DNA of 64,000 nt, from NCBI GenBank assembly GCA_025558095.1, contig JAIVFI010000015.1, forward strand, positions 124,001-188,000. Reading direction: 5' to 3'. Below are positions 12,101-23,183 of the stretch, piece after piece. The DNA comes from Hyaloraphidium curvatum SAG 235-1 (taxonomy: Eukaryota; Fungi; Monoblepharomycota). Positions within the stretch are counted from its first letter, which is position 1. The number at the start of each line of letters is the position of its first letter. The position numbers and the translations under genes are program-made. A model generated the notes under the pieces. It was given only the letters and a program-made list of their open reading frames with translations. It did not search any database and had not been told where the DNA came from.

Positions 12101-12132
12101 GAGGGACGGAATGGAGGAGGGACGGAATGGAG
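12101..12132. repeat. Tandem 16-bp direct repeat (GAGGGACGGAATGGAG x2) in intergenic DNA
   Basis: Two exact adjacent copies are visible. Confidence 0.8.
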
Positions 12133-12783
12133 GACCGGGCTTCGCAGGCGGCGGGCCGGGCTCCGGCGTCCTTTCCGGGGAACCGAGCGGGGGTGCCGGG
12201 CCGCGACGACGCGTCCTCCGGGATTTCTTTGTCGAGTGCGGGCAGGGAGAAGCTGCGCGGAGGAACACTCGAGGTTGCGGGGATCGGAAGCGGAAGCGCT
12301 CACGTGAGTCACTGCCTGAGTTGCCTGGGCTGTGCCCTCTCTCGTGCTCCTTATGGGTATGGGTATGCGCCAAGCCGGATTTAATTGTCGACAGTTGAAC
12401 TGGGCCGCTCGAGAAGAAGGCGGGCGGAGTCAAAGACGGCGTCGTGTTGGGCTCCAGTGCGTATACAAATCGAAGACCGCTACCGCCGCCTCGCCCGGGG
12501 CTTGCCCTCACGCAACGCCTGAAAAAGGATATCATTGCCCATGGCCCGCGCTATTTGAATTCGGCGTCGGCGGATGTTCTATAAGGTCGTGTGGGGCGGT
12601 CTGCGTAGCACTCTCAATGGGCGTCCCACATCGGGGTGGCCTCAGGCTGGACTCACTGATGGCGGGCCCAGCTACTTCGGCAAGTGTTGGATGCGATCGG
12701 CGACCTGCATGGGGAGGCTTTTGACCGAGCCAAGAGGTCGAGGTGTGACCGCCCGCCCCGCCTCGATGTCGATCCGGCCCGCA

Positions 12784-14289
12784 ATGCCCGGCGCGCTGAC
12801 GGACGAGGAGCTTTCCGCGGCGCTGCCGTTTGTCGGCCGGCCGCCCCCGCGGAGACCGTTCGACGACGGCGACGCGGACGGCGCGCGGCGGGCGCTCCAC
12901 GCGGCGCTCTCCGCCGCGGAGCCGCCCACGGAGGCCTCGCTGCTCCGTGCCGCCGAGCGCTCCTCGCGGCTCCTCGGCATCGTTGCGCGCTGCTTCCTGC
13001 CGTTCGCGCGGCCGGGCCCGGTGCGCTGGCTGCTCCCCGCCGGCATCGCGCTGAACGCGGCGACGGTGGCGCTCGTCGCCTCGTACCCCGGGCTCGCGGG
13101 CACGACGGCGCCGTTCGGCGCAAAGAACATCGCCGCGGGCTCGGCCGCCTTCGCACTGTTCGCCCTGGCGGTATCATGGCCCATGGTGGGCGTGTTCCGG
13201 ATCTGGAACGGGCCGACCGGGTACCCTGTATACGTGCGAGCGCACCAGCTCACGGTCCTGTGGCGCTGGCGACTTTTGGTCGACCATTCCGGGGCGGCCG
13301 GAGCGAGGGGAGATGGAAAGGCGTTTCCCGCGGAGGAATCAGCGTCGCACGTGGGGCCACTCGTGGCACACGAGGGGGATCCGAGCTGCGCGTGCCCACT
13401 GCCATCGTGCGCCGGGAACCTTGCACACCAGACCGGATTGTGGGTCCTCTCGGATTTTGCGATCCGAATGGCGCTTTTGGTGTTCGGAGTGAGCTTCACT
13501 CCGCTGTGGACGCCCATGGTTTCGTCCGCGGTGCTGTGGAGGACGTGGTGGGGCACCCTCATCGGTGCCGCCGTCCTGGCGACGATCCTCGCCTTTAACT
13601 TTTTCCTTGTCGCGTCCAACATGCGGATCGTCAGGGCGCCCATGACCCAGCTGTCATCTCGGCTCATCTGCCGCTGCCTCGCCACCGAAATCGGCCACCT
13701 GCTGAACGGGTACAGGCAGCCCGCGACCGGACACCCGGACGAAGACCGCGACTGGGCCCCGGTCTACGCCATCCTCGATCACCTCACGCATGCTTGGGAG
13801 GCGTGGCAGGACCTGCGCATCCTCCGCTCGTTCACGGTCGCCTCCCTCGCCCTGCTCCCCGCCGCCGTGCTCAACCTGGCCGCGGGCGCCTGCGTTCCGC
13901 TGTGGGAGCTCGGCGCAGGTGCGTGGTGGCTGGCTTACATCCTCGACAACCTGGCCATCTACGCGGCATCCAACGCCCGGATCGGCGCCGCCGCCGCCGT
14001 CCTCTGCCAGGCCGCATCCGCCGCCCGCGGGATCGCCGCGAAATTGGCGGGCAGCGCGGCCCGCTCCAGCCTTCCCGATCCCGCTGCAGCCGCCGAGCTG
14101 CGCGACCACGCGGCCCAGCTGGAGGCGTGTGCGGCCGCGTGGGCCCCGGCGAGGTTCCTGGGGTTCGAGGTGACGTACGGGACGCTGCGCGCACTCGTGG
14201 CGACGCTACTGACGGTCGGATTCGCGCTGTGGGGGATTCTGCGCGGGCTGGGGGTCGCCGTAGTGCTCGAGTCGTACTGCTATGGATGA
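12784..14289 (+). CDS. 7-TM gustatory-receptor-like family, copy 2 (501 aa, intronless)
   Basis: Close paralog of 5100-6602, with HEGDPSCACPLPSC and an identical C-terminal ~45 aa. Confidence 0.75.
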   Translation: MPGALTDEELSAALPFVGRPPPRRPFDDGDADGARRALHAALSAAEPPTEASLLRAAERSSRLLGIVARCFLPFARPGPVRWLLPAGIALNAATVALVASYPGLAGTTAPFGAKNIAAGSAAFALFALAVSWPMVGVFRIWNGPTGYPVYVRAHQLTVLWRWRLLVDHSGAAGARGDGKAFPAEESASHVGPLVAHEGDPSCACPLPSCAGNLAHQTGLWVLSDFAIRMALLVFGVSFTPLWTPMVSSAVLWRTWWGTLIGAAVLATILAFNFFLVASNMRIVRAPMTQLSSRLICRCLATEIGHLLNGYRQPATGHPDEDRDWAPVYAILDHLTHAWEAWQDLRILRSFTVASLALLPAAVLNLAAGACVPLWELGAGAWWLAYILDNLAIYAASNARIGAAAAVLCQAASAARGIAAKLAGSAARSSLPDPAAAAELRDHAAQLEACAAAWAPARFLGFEVTYGTLRALVATLLTVGFALWGILRGLGVAVVLESYCYG

Positions 14290-14372
14290 CTGGCCCCGGG
14301 GACGAGAAGGACACTGTACGCATATTGGTGAATGCGCGTCGCCTCCATTTTCGATTGGAGATCTGCCATCCA

Positions 14373-16157
14373 TCAGGGGCGTGCGAACCGCTCGAAGATA
14401 CTATCCTTCACTCCTCGCCACCCAGCGAGACCCCGTTCCTGCACGACAGCGGCACGTAGCAGTCCACCCTGACCTCTCCCCTCGTTCCCTCGGGCTCGTT
14501 GGGCTCCGTCACTGCCCACACGGTGGTCAGTATCCACATGCACCGCGGCAGCACGCGCGCCCGACTCACGCAGCTCGTACCCCTCTTCCCCGCGCACCTT
14601 GACCCGCACGTCCGTCAGCTCCAGCGCATCCAGCCCCCTCGCCGCCTCGGGCGGCACCAGCAATCCCCCCCACACCTCCCGCACCGTTGCTTGCACCGAC
14701 GACGCGCGCACGAACCCCCCCGAGATCCTCAACGTGCGCAGCCGTGGCAAGGTCTGCGCGCCCAGGGAGGAAAACACCCCGCCGTCGTCCCACGCCACCA
14801 GGTCGCGCTCCCGCAGCGCGGGTTCCCCCGCGGGGCGGTCGAGCCACCCCGCGCCGTCCTGGAACATGGAGAGGTGCCGCAGCGCCGTCCACCTCCGCGC
14901 GAACAGCGGGGGGAGGAAAGCGTAAGGCATGGGGTCGGGGGCAAAGGGGTCGCACATCCAGCGCACGGTCAGGGTTTTCAGCGCCGGTGTGGCGGCGGCG
15001 AGCGCCTGCAGCCCCGAGGGGTCCGCGTCTGCGGATCCGGGGCGGCGGACGAGCTGCCCGCCCCAGTCCGAGAGCACCAGCTCTCCGAGCTGCGACGGGC
15101 CGCACGCGGCGAGGGATTCCAGGTCCGCGGGGGAGAGCCCGACGGCACGCTCGCCCGGGGGTGTGCCGCCCGGGCGGAGGATGGAGATGTTGAGGGTGCG
15201 CAGGGCGGAGAGGTCCGGCCGTTCGTCTGGAGGGAAGGCGAGGAAGCCGGTTTCCAGCGGCGGGTACTGCCCCGGCGGCGGGTCGGAGAACTCGGCGAAG
15301 GGGTCGCGCAGGTGCGGCGGCACCGTGTTATCTTCCGCCGAGGCGGTGCGCGGGGGCGCGCGGACAGAGACGCCGTCGAAGAGGACGTGCCGGAGGGTCT
15401 TTGCAAGGCGGGAGAAGAGCGGCGAGAGGTGGTATGCGGCCGTTCCGGCGCCCACGAGGGTGGACGAGAGCATGAGTGTCGAGAGGCGCGGGCATGCTGA
15501 GGCGAGGCCGGCGCCGAAGGAGCGGAAGGCGCGGGGGGGCGGCGGGCCGCCGTACAAGGCGACGAGGTGCGATTCCTCGACAAACGTTTCCGAGAGGTCC
15601 AGCACGTTGAGGGTCAGCGAGGTTAGGTTCTCTCCCAGGCCGGAGCCTAGAGCATTGATGAGCAAGGGGAAGCACGGCGTGCTGGCTCCGCCCTGGGCCA
15701 GGACAAGCGAGTCCTCGGCGGTGATTTCCAGACGCTCCGCCTTCCGGTAGAACTCCAGGTACCGGGCCAACTCGTCGGGAAACGCGTCGAACCACGCCTT
15801 TTCGCCGTCCCATGAGCGTTCAAGGTCGCCGTCGAGCTTGAATGCCAGGCTGCGCAGGTTCTCGGCGTAGAGCTCTTCCCGCGGCGACGCGACCTGGGCG
15901 TCCAGCAGGCTGCCGTCGAAGTCGCGCACCACAACGGCCCGCCAACGCAGCGCCCGCAGCATGACCGCGAACGCGGCGCGGCACGAGCGGCCGAGGCGGT
16001 TCAGCGACGCGTCGTCGAGGTACCGCCCGGCGATGAGGCCAAAGAGCTCGACCGGCAGCGCGAGGAGGCCGGGAGGCGGCGGCGGCGCGTCCAGCGAGAG
16101 AGCCGCGAGCAGATCCGCGGGATCGCCGGCCTCGGACGCGTTTGAGGGGCTCGCCAT
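14373..16157 (-). CDS. F-box protein with degenerate leucine-rich repeats
   Basis: GLLALPVELFGLIAGRYLDDASLNRLGRSCR (F-box). Repeated LxxLxL units: NLRSLAF, NLTSLTL, CPRLSTLML, ALRTLNI, ALKTLTV, ALRHLSM, RLRTLRI. The C-terminus may be spliced. Confidence 0.75.
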   Translation of the reverse strand: MASPSNASEAGDPADLLAALSLDAPPPPPGLLALPVELFGLIAGRYLDDASLNRLGRSCRAAFAVMLRALRWRAVVVRDFDGSLLDAQVASPREELYAENLRSLAFKLDGDLERSWDGEKAWFDAFPDELARYLEFYRKAERLEITAEDSLVLAQGGASTPCFPLLINALGSGLGENLTSLTLNVLDLSETFVEESHLVALYGGPPPPRAFRSFGAGLASACPRLSTLMLSSTLVGAGTAAYHLSPLFSRLAKTLRHVLFDGVSVRAPPRTASAEDNTVPPHLRDPFAEFSDPPPGQYPPLETGFLAFPPDERPDLSALRTLNISILRPGGTPPGERAVGLSPADLESLAACGPSQLGELVLSDWGGQLVRRPGSADADPSGLQALAAATPALKTLTVRWMCDPFAPDPMPYAFLPPLFARRWTALRHLSMFQDGAGWLDRPAGEPALRERDLVAWDDGGVFSSLGAQTLPRLRTLRISGGFVRASSVQATVREVWGGLLVPPEAARGLDALELTDVRVKVRGEEGYELRESGARAAAVHVDTDHRVGSDGAQRARGNEGRGQGGLLRAAVVQERGLAGWRGVKDSIFERFARP

Positions 16158-16328
16158 CCCGGCGACGAGAAATGGACAATGGGACGAAGTTCGAGTGGCA
16201 AGTGCAGGTCACATCTCAATCCAGCCTCGATACATTGCCGGCAAAGGCAAAGGACATCCAAAGAGAAACGATGGCTCGAGAGTGGATGCAGGCTGTAAAC
16301 GTCCAGTGCGTCGGAATCCCACTTTGCT

Positions 16329-18334
16329 CTATCGGGTTTCGTCGCCGGCATCACCGACTCCTCCCTGACCTCCCTCGCCGCCTTCTTCTCCTCCCTCGCC
16401 CCCGTCGCCCTGGCCCACATTGCCGTTCTCCACAGCGTTGGAATCGAAGACTCCGTTCCCGGCATCCGCGCCTCCTCCGATCGCAAACTCGGAATCGTCT
16501 TCGCCCTCTGACGAATCGTCGTCCCCGCCCGATTCATCATCCCCGCCCTGCTGGGCTTGCTGGTTCGCCTGGTTGTTCCCGCCATTGCCACCTGTGTTGC
16601 CATTTTGCCCCGGGCCCGGACCATCGTCCTCCGACTCGTCCCCAAAGTCCTCGAACATGGCGTCGACCATCGCGGGCAGGGGAATGTAGACGCCGCAGTT
16701 GAGTGCCCCCCTGGCGCAGCACGTGACGTGCGCCTGGAACGAACCCTGGTTGTTGGGCAGGCCCGGATGGAACTGGTTGTGCACCGCGGCCATGCACTTG
16801 CCGAAGGCATCGCCGGCGCCGGTGAACTGCAGGTTGGAGTTTGCAGAGCAGGCAACGTTGGCGAGCCCTGCGCCTTGCACTGCAATGTTGCCCGAGGTGG
16901 AGACGCAGGTGACGCCGGGCTGCCGGCCAATGCGGGGGATCCAGTCGTAAAAGTTGACCAAGTTGATGATGTTGCCCGGATTGGCCGGGAACGGATTCAC
17001 CGCGGGCGCACCAAACAGCTGCTGGCCCATTGTCCGGTAGATGTGCGAAGCTCCCGGCGCCGACGTCGTCACTACCGTGACCTTTGCGTTGTAAGTGTCC
17101 ATGAGATGCATCGCGGCTGCCTGGGCCATGAAGCCGCCGAGGCTGTGCCCGCAAATGAACACCTGCAGGTTTGGATTCCCTTGGATGACGGGCACGGCGA
17201 AATCCTGCAGGACCTGGCGAATGAACTTGACGTAGTCGTTCGAGGTGGCGATTGCGGCCCGGCCGAACTTGAGGAAGGCCTTTAGCGGGGCCGAGAGCTC
17301 GTACTTTCCTTGGTGGTAGACTCTGGTCGGGTAAGCGGGGTCAGAGAAGGCATGGGCAAGGCGGGAGCACCTCGGACGCACCTGAAACGCTCCTTGAAGG
17401 AGTCCTGCATGAGGTCCAGATCCGCGCGGTACTCTGCGACGGACTCGGAACCCCGGATCGAGAGAATGAGGCCGGTGGCAGCCTGCTCGCTGTTGCCCGT
17501 GAGGAACCCAGCGACGCGCATCTTGTCGCCGACCCGGAAAAGGTGGGGCTCGCGGACGAAGATGGCGCCCTTTGCCGTCGTGACCTTGACCTTGGTCCCG
17601 CGTGTGCGCTCGTAGATCTTGTTCTTGGGCTTCTTCCACTTTTTGGCCGTCTTGAACAGGTTGGGGTGGCGGATAGCGTCGCACGCCTTCATGCCGTGGT
17701 TCTGGTTGAAGAGAGTGCTTCCGAGCCTGGCCATGGCCATGTTGTGGTCGCCCAGGCCGTTCTGTGCCGTTTTGAACTTGAGATCTTCGCCGGCCTTCTT
17801 GAAGTACTTGACGATGTCGCTCTTGTCAGTGCAAATGAGCATCGTGTGCGTATCGCCCGGAAAGTTGTCCTCGGCGCGCACTTCGAGCCGCATGCAGTAA
17901 AGGAGCGGGTTCGGATTGGCCTTCTTCAGCGCCGTGATCGAAACGAAGCTCGGGTTCATGTCGATGAGCGCCAGACTGTCCAGTCGCACGATAATCCCCG
18001 GGTTCATCTTCCTTGTCGTCGGCTGCTGGAACCGGACGCGGTTGCCCTCAAGGAGGAGCCGGCCGGGGCGGTTTGCACCCGTTGGTGCCAGCACGTCCAG
18101 CGTGAAAGGCGCCTGCTGGCCGGCAACCCGGTCGACTCTGGCGCGCTCGAAGGGGAAGGCGTCGCGGAAGTTGATTGAAGTGTGGTCCACGAGCGACGGA
18201 GTCCAGGACACGAACGTCTTGGCCGACGCCGTGCCCGCGAGGAACAAGAAGGCCGCAGCAAAGGCGGCGGCCGCGAAGGGGCACGAGGGGCCGTGGGCTG
18301 GGCGGCCCGGTCGGGAGGCCCAGACGCCGGACAT
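16329..18334 (-). CDS. Secreted class-3 lipase-like alpha/beta hydrolase with acidic Gly/Asp/Glu tail; intron 17323-17381
   Basis: Signal-like AAAFLFLAGTASA, LILSIRGSES (lid/oxyanion), FICGHSLGGFMA nucleophile, APG, YDWIP, candidate catalytic H in AAVHNQ. Confidence 0.8.
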
Positions 18335-18725
18335 TTCCGCGTCGATTGCGCCCCGGGGAGCCACGAATCGCGCCCGGCACGTGTGCTCCGAAAAAGGAAA
18401 GGAAAGAAATGGCCTAGAACGGCAGATAGGTTCGCCGCGACAGGGAGGTTGAGCGGGAGGAAGCGGAGGACGGGTGTCGGCCGAAGTGGACCCAATGAGG
18501 CCCCACCGGCCATTCAGGGCCTTCTCCGCCAGGGTTCGTGTCCGATCCTCAATTGAAGACATGCGAAGATCTCATACACTTTGCTAGCCTCACCATACCA
18601 TGGCGGATACGTGCAGTGGGCGGGAAGTAGGCACGAAGTAGACCGCTTGTAGCTTCTAGCTTCACGGCGCCATTGCGACCAGCTTACGCAGCTCCTCCTC
18701 GTTGCACAAGGGATCCTCCACAGCT

Positions 18726-19894
18726 TTAAGTTGCGTGAGCTGCTTTGGACACGCTGAGAAACAGATGATCTATTGAATGTACTGGCCGCGTCTTGGCAGG
18801 GTAGTAGCGATGATGATGTATCCCATTAGGAGTCTGGAGAGTCCATGATGCAGTGTCCAATAGTTGCGCTGCATCGAGTTCCTCCTCGTTCTGCCCCCAG
18901 GTCTCCACCGCGGCCGCCAAAAGCGGCTTCAGCTCCGGGACGCTGACATCCACTGCCGTCTTGCCGTTGCGCGCTTTGAGCGTCGGATCGGCGAGCCCGG
19001 AATCCAGCAGGGCGCGGACCGCGGCGGCGCTGCCGGCCCTGGCGGCGTACATGAGCGCCGTTTCGAGATTGGGGCCCGATCGGACGTTGGCGTCCGTCCT
19101 TGGATCGCGGAGCAGCCGGCTGACGACCGGGCCGACGGTCTCGTCGACCCCCATGGTCGCGACCATGAGCACCGTGAGCACGCCGCGGACCCGGGCCGCG
19201 GCGTCGACCTTGGGGCACCGCAGCAGCCGGTCGACGACGTCGAGATGGCCGTTGCCGGCCGCCAGGTGCAGCGCGGTCATGTCGTCCGAGGTGCGGGCGT
19301 TGACGTCGGTGCGGGGATCGGCGATCAGAAGCTCCGCGATGCGTGTCCAACCGTCCTCGGCGGCGACGTGGAGGGGCATGTACCCCGAGGTGCCTTCGAG
19401 GCGCTCGTTGGGGTTTATGCCGGGGAGCAGGAGCAGCTTGGACACCTGGGCCGAGTTGCCGTTCTTGCATGCCTGGAGGAGCTGTTTGGTGGTGATACCT
19501 TGATCGGCCCGCGGCCGCGGTTCGCCGAGGTAAGCCGGCTCGGGCGCGGCCGGAAGCGGGGTGGCAACCGGAGGCGGTGAGGCGATTGGAGGAGGTGCAG
19601 AATCGGTCGTGTGCCTGATCACAACCATCTGCGGCTGGGGTTCCGCGTGCGCCTCCTCATCCTCAGCGTCGGCGGTGCAACATCCCTTGACCCAGGCCTT
19701 CCAGATGCACGCCAGCACCCCGACGGCGCCGACCACAATCAGCAGCCAGGCCCACCATGCGAGGCCCGCTGTGCCAAAGTCGCACATGCAGGCGTAGCGC
19801 ACGCGGCCGTTGCCGATGTCGGTGCAAGAGTCGACGTATCGGAGCGTGCCGCGTGCGGCGGCGCACTCGGCCACGCAGAGGCTGTAGCAGGACA
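18726..19894 (-). CDS. Single-pass membrane protein: small Cys-rich ectodomain, TM helix, Pro-rich linker, ankyrin repeats
   Basis: CYSLCVAEC...C...CMC; TM WWAWLLIVVGAVGVLACIW; ankyrins GYMPLHVAAEDGW, MTALHLAAGNGH, ETALMYAARAG. Confidence 0.8.
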
Positions 19895-20744
19895 CTGGAG
19901 GGTGGGAGTGCGTTGCGAAGCCGGAAGACGGCGCAGTGGGTGGGAGGTCAAACGGGAGGCGGAATGATCAGAGGACCGTGGGAGCCGTCGAAAGCACATC
20001 CTAAACCTCACTGGTTTATGTATTCTCGGCGGCACCACAGTGGATCAGTCGAAGTGGTTCGTTTTGTTGGAGAGTTGCGTTTCGTTCCGTCATGCTCGGA
20101 TCCGCCCGCCCGAGCCTATTCGGCCGGGAAGGACGCTCAGTTCGAGCCCGCGATGACTAACTCGAAACCGACATCTGCAAGCCGTTGTGGCTCGCAAAAG
20201 GAACCTGGCAGAAAAATTTTACTGTCTTAAACGAGGGTATCCTCGTCCGTCGTCTTCCGGCGGTCGTGATGCGCTGCGCTGGCGGCCGCCTCGCTTCTCC
20301 GCATGTTGACTCACAGAGCCAAAACGTGGCCGTCCCAGACGACCGGGCGCTTTGGGTTGCCGCACCAGGCGGACCGGATGTTGCGGTCTCCAGCACATGT
20401 GCTGAAAGGTCGTCGGATTCGAGGGCTCCGATGGTCGCCGACCACCATCGGCCTCGGGGCATGTCGTACGATACCATGGATCTAGATTCCAGCATTGCCA
20501 CGAGCGCTTTCAACAGTGCAAGAAGTCAGGCTTGTTGATGGGCACGCCCCAGGAGTAGGCGCTTCGGCACGCCGCGGCGAGGCCGCATGGGCCGACGACG
20601 GTCAGCCAATGCTCGAAGTAAACCATGTTCCCCATCCAATCATTCAGTCCGATCCTACATCCGAAGCAGAGCGACAGCATCCATCTAACATCCAGCAATC
20701 CAACGGCATCCGTGCCCAGAGTCCTCCCCGACACTCATCGACGA

Positions 20745-21362
20745 TCACTGGGCGCGGAAGCTCGGCGGCGCCGACACGCACATCTCGTTCATCCCCTCCC
20801 CCTCCTCGTCCCACCCCCAGCGCTGCATCTCGACCTGCATCTGCATCGGCTCGTCGCTCGCGGGTTCCTGCCCCGGGGGCGCGGGGCGGGCCAGCGCCTC
20901 CCTGACCTGCGGCGGCATCGCGTCCCACAGGAAGTGGTGCCGGTTGCCGGGCTGCTGGTAGCGGTGGTACGCGTGGTGGTGCGGGACGAGGGCCGTGGAG
21001 GGCGAGGGCGGCTTGCTCGGGGAGGGGGCGGGGGCGGGGGGCATGGGAGATTGGGCGGGCGCGGTGGGGAAGTTGTGCGCGAAGAAGGGGCGGTTCGCGG
21101 GGGCGCGGAAGGAGGGGGGCGGGACGGGGGCGGTGTTGGGCCGCTTGGAGGGGTTGCGGACTGGCGAGAGGTTCTGGCGGGGAAGTCAGTTGGGAGAGTC
21201 ACGGGAGTGACAGGTGCCCGCCCCCACCTCGACGTCCATCTCGTCGTCCTCCTCGATCTGGCGGCCGTGCGGTTCCTCGTTCTTGCGCTTGCGCTGGGGC
21301 GAGCGCAGCGGCGGGGCGGCGAACCCGACCATGCCGCCGGCGCGGGGGAGGTCGATGTCCAT
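20745..21362 (-). CDS. Small low-complexity, probably nuclear protein; intron 21174-21227
   Basis: MDIDLP...PQRKRKNEE (NLS-like) is joined in frame by a 54-nt GT-AG intron with a CTGAC branch to a Pro-rich exon. Confidence 0.55.
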
Positions 21363-21868
21363 TTTCCGCTCGCGCGACTGACTCGACGTCGGCCGTCGCC
21401 TTCCCCTCCGCTCTGCTCGGCGGGCTCCCGGCAGTGCTCTGCCCGGCGAGTCCTCCGCGGTGTGTCGCGCTCGCGCGGTCCTCCGGGCGGCGGTCCCCCG
21501 ACGGTTGAGAGAACCGGGACGCCAGGCACGCGGACTCCCGCGGTGCAGAGGGCGTCGGCGGGCCGGACGCGCGCACGGGGCTTCTGCAAAAGACGCCGGC
21601 GGTGACGACGGCGCGGCGCGAAGGCGGCGCGCGGCGCTCCGGAGGGGAACCGGGCGAACCTGGAGTTGCGGTTCGCTCGGGCTGCGCCGCGGACTGCGCC
21701 CAGCCGCCTGGGCGGATTTTCCCGAGGCCAACCGATTCCATCGCAATCCAGCCGACCGTGCATTGCCCCATCCAACCGTGCCCGTCTGCTCTCGGTCTCC
21801 CCCTTCTGGCTTCATCTGCTGCCCGTTCCGCCCCGCCCGAACTTCCGCTGCCAGCCCAAGTGACTGGG

Positions 21869-22873
21869 TCACCTCGCGATCTCCCACACATCGACGCCTC
21901 CGGGCCCCAGCGCAAACTCGTACAGCGCGCACAGCAGCGGCACCTCGGTTCCGTCCTCCCTGGTCTCGTAGTACGCCTGCCCGCAGCGGACGACCCCCCG
22001 AAGTCAGCCCCGCTCGTCCCGCCCAGCACGGCCCAACCCACCTGCATCACCGTCAGCATCCCCAGCTCGTCCGCCCACCTCCCCGCATCCTCCCCCGCCA
22101 CCTCGCCGAGCACCTGGAGGTACCCCCCCGCGACCTCAAACCCGTACGCCCGCCGTTTCCCGCAGCGGGGATCGGAGAACTCGGCCCCCGGTGCGCGTTG
22201 GACGCAGGGGGGGCACAGAAGCCGGCCGTCCCTCCAGATGTAGGTCCGCGCGGAGAGGCGGGGTGCGGGGAGGGCGTCGGGGTGGGGCGTCCATTCCAGA
22301 ACGGCGAGCGAGCGGACCTCCCCGCCCGGCATCCATCCCCTCCCAGGATCCAGCCGCATCTTCGATCCCGTCGCGAGAATCAGCCTTCCCACGTATTGCC
22401 CGTCGGAAAGCACGCCGACCCACCCTGACCAGCACCCACCCCGTCCCCGCCCACGCCCCCTTCATCATCCCCCCCGCAACGGGCCACCTCCCCCCCACAT
22501 CCACCCCTTGCACCCCCACCCTCCCCCTGTCCTTCGGCCCCCCCTCGCCGACCATGCTCCTGGCCCTCTGCGCGCCGGCCCCGGGCACCGCGTAGGCGTC
22601 CGCCCACCTCAGGACGAGCGGCCACCCGCGGGCGGGGGCATCCGTCCCCCGTTCGGCCTTTGGTCCGCGGCGGGTGCACGAGGGACGGCGCCGCGCGACG
22701 GTGCCCCAGGCTTCAACCTCCCCGTCTGCCCCGCCGAACCGGGCGTCAGCAACGGTTCCCCCGCGGCGGCGCGGCACGGACCGACCTGGGCTCGCGGATC
22801 CCGGTTCTTCGCGGTCCACGGGGGACGGCAGCGGGCGGTTCGTTTCGGGAGCGGGTGCGATGCATGTCTGCAT
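21869..22873 (-). CDS. TEAD YAP-binding-domain (YBD)-like protein without a TEA domain; introns 22360-22423 and 21977-22041
   Basis: Spliced product VDVGGRWP...GWVLVR|MRLDP...RLSARTYIWRDGRLL...LGMLTVMQ|AYYETREDGTEVPLLCALYEFALGPGGVDVWEI parallels the TEAD YBD in order. Start is uncertain. Confidence 0.5.
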
Positions 22874-23183
22874 GGGTTTGTGTGGGCGAGATTCCAGAGC
22901 CGGGGGGGGCAGGATCGCCCAGGGGTGGGTGGCTGTGCGCGACCGGAACGTTTCGCTTTCGGAAGGGGAGGCGGGCGAGATGGAGGATGAAGATGCGAGG
23001 GGAATGCACTGGATAGGATGGATGGACGCGATTCGAGGGGGAGGGACGGAGGTGTGGCCCGGCTCTCCCCTGGCATTCTGCCCACTCCCTCGCACGTCCA
23101 CGTCCCAGTGATAGAGCATACGGATCTCCTTTCCCATGTCGCCAGCGCCCATCAGCAAACGTCTTTCGAGACAGCGGCAGGGG

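Larger units (their letters stand above)
5100..14289. repeat. Large inverted duplication: arms about 5100-6602 and 12784-14289 around a ~6.2 kb spacer
   Basis: The reverse complement of 5100-5300 is nearly identical to 14090-14289, and both arms start ATGCCCGGCGCGCTGACGGACGAGGAGCTT. Central parts are more diverged. Confidence 0.9.

Noticed and set aside
5100-14289. Inverted repeats as transposon TIRs or a composite element
   Set aside because: The arms are complete membrane-protein genes. No transposase or target-site duplication was seen.
20100-20740. Possible selenoprotein or readthrough ORF (FLHC-TGA-KRSW) on the minus strand
   Set aside because: No recognisable selenoprotein fold, no SECIS identified, and no coding-like codon bias.
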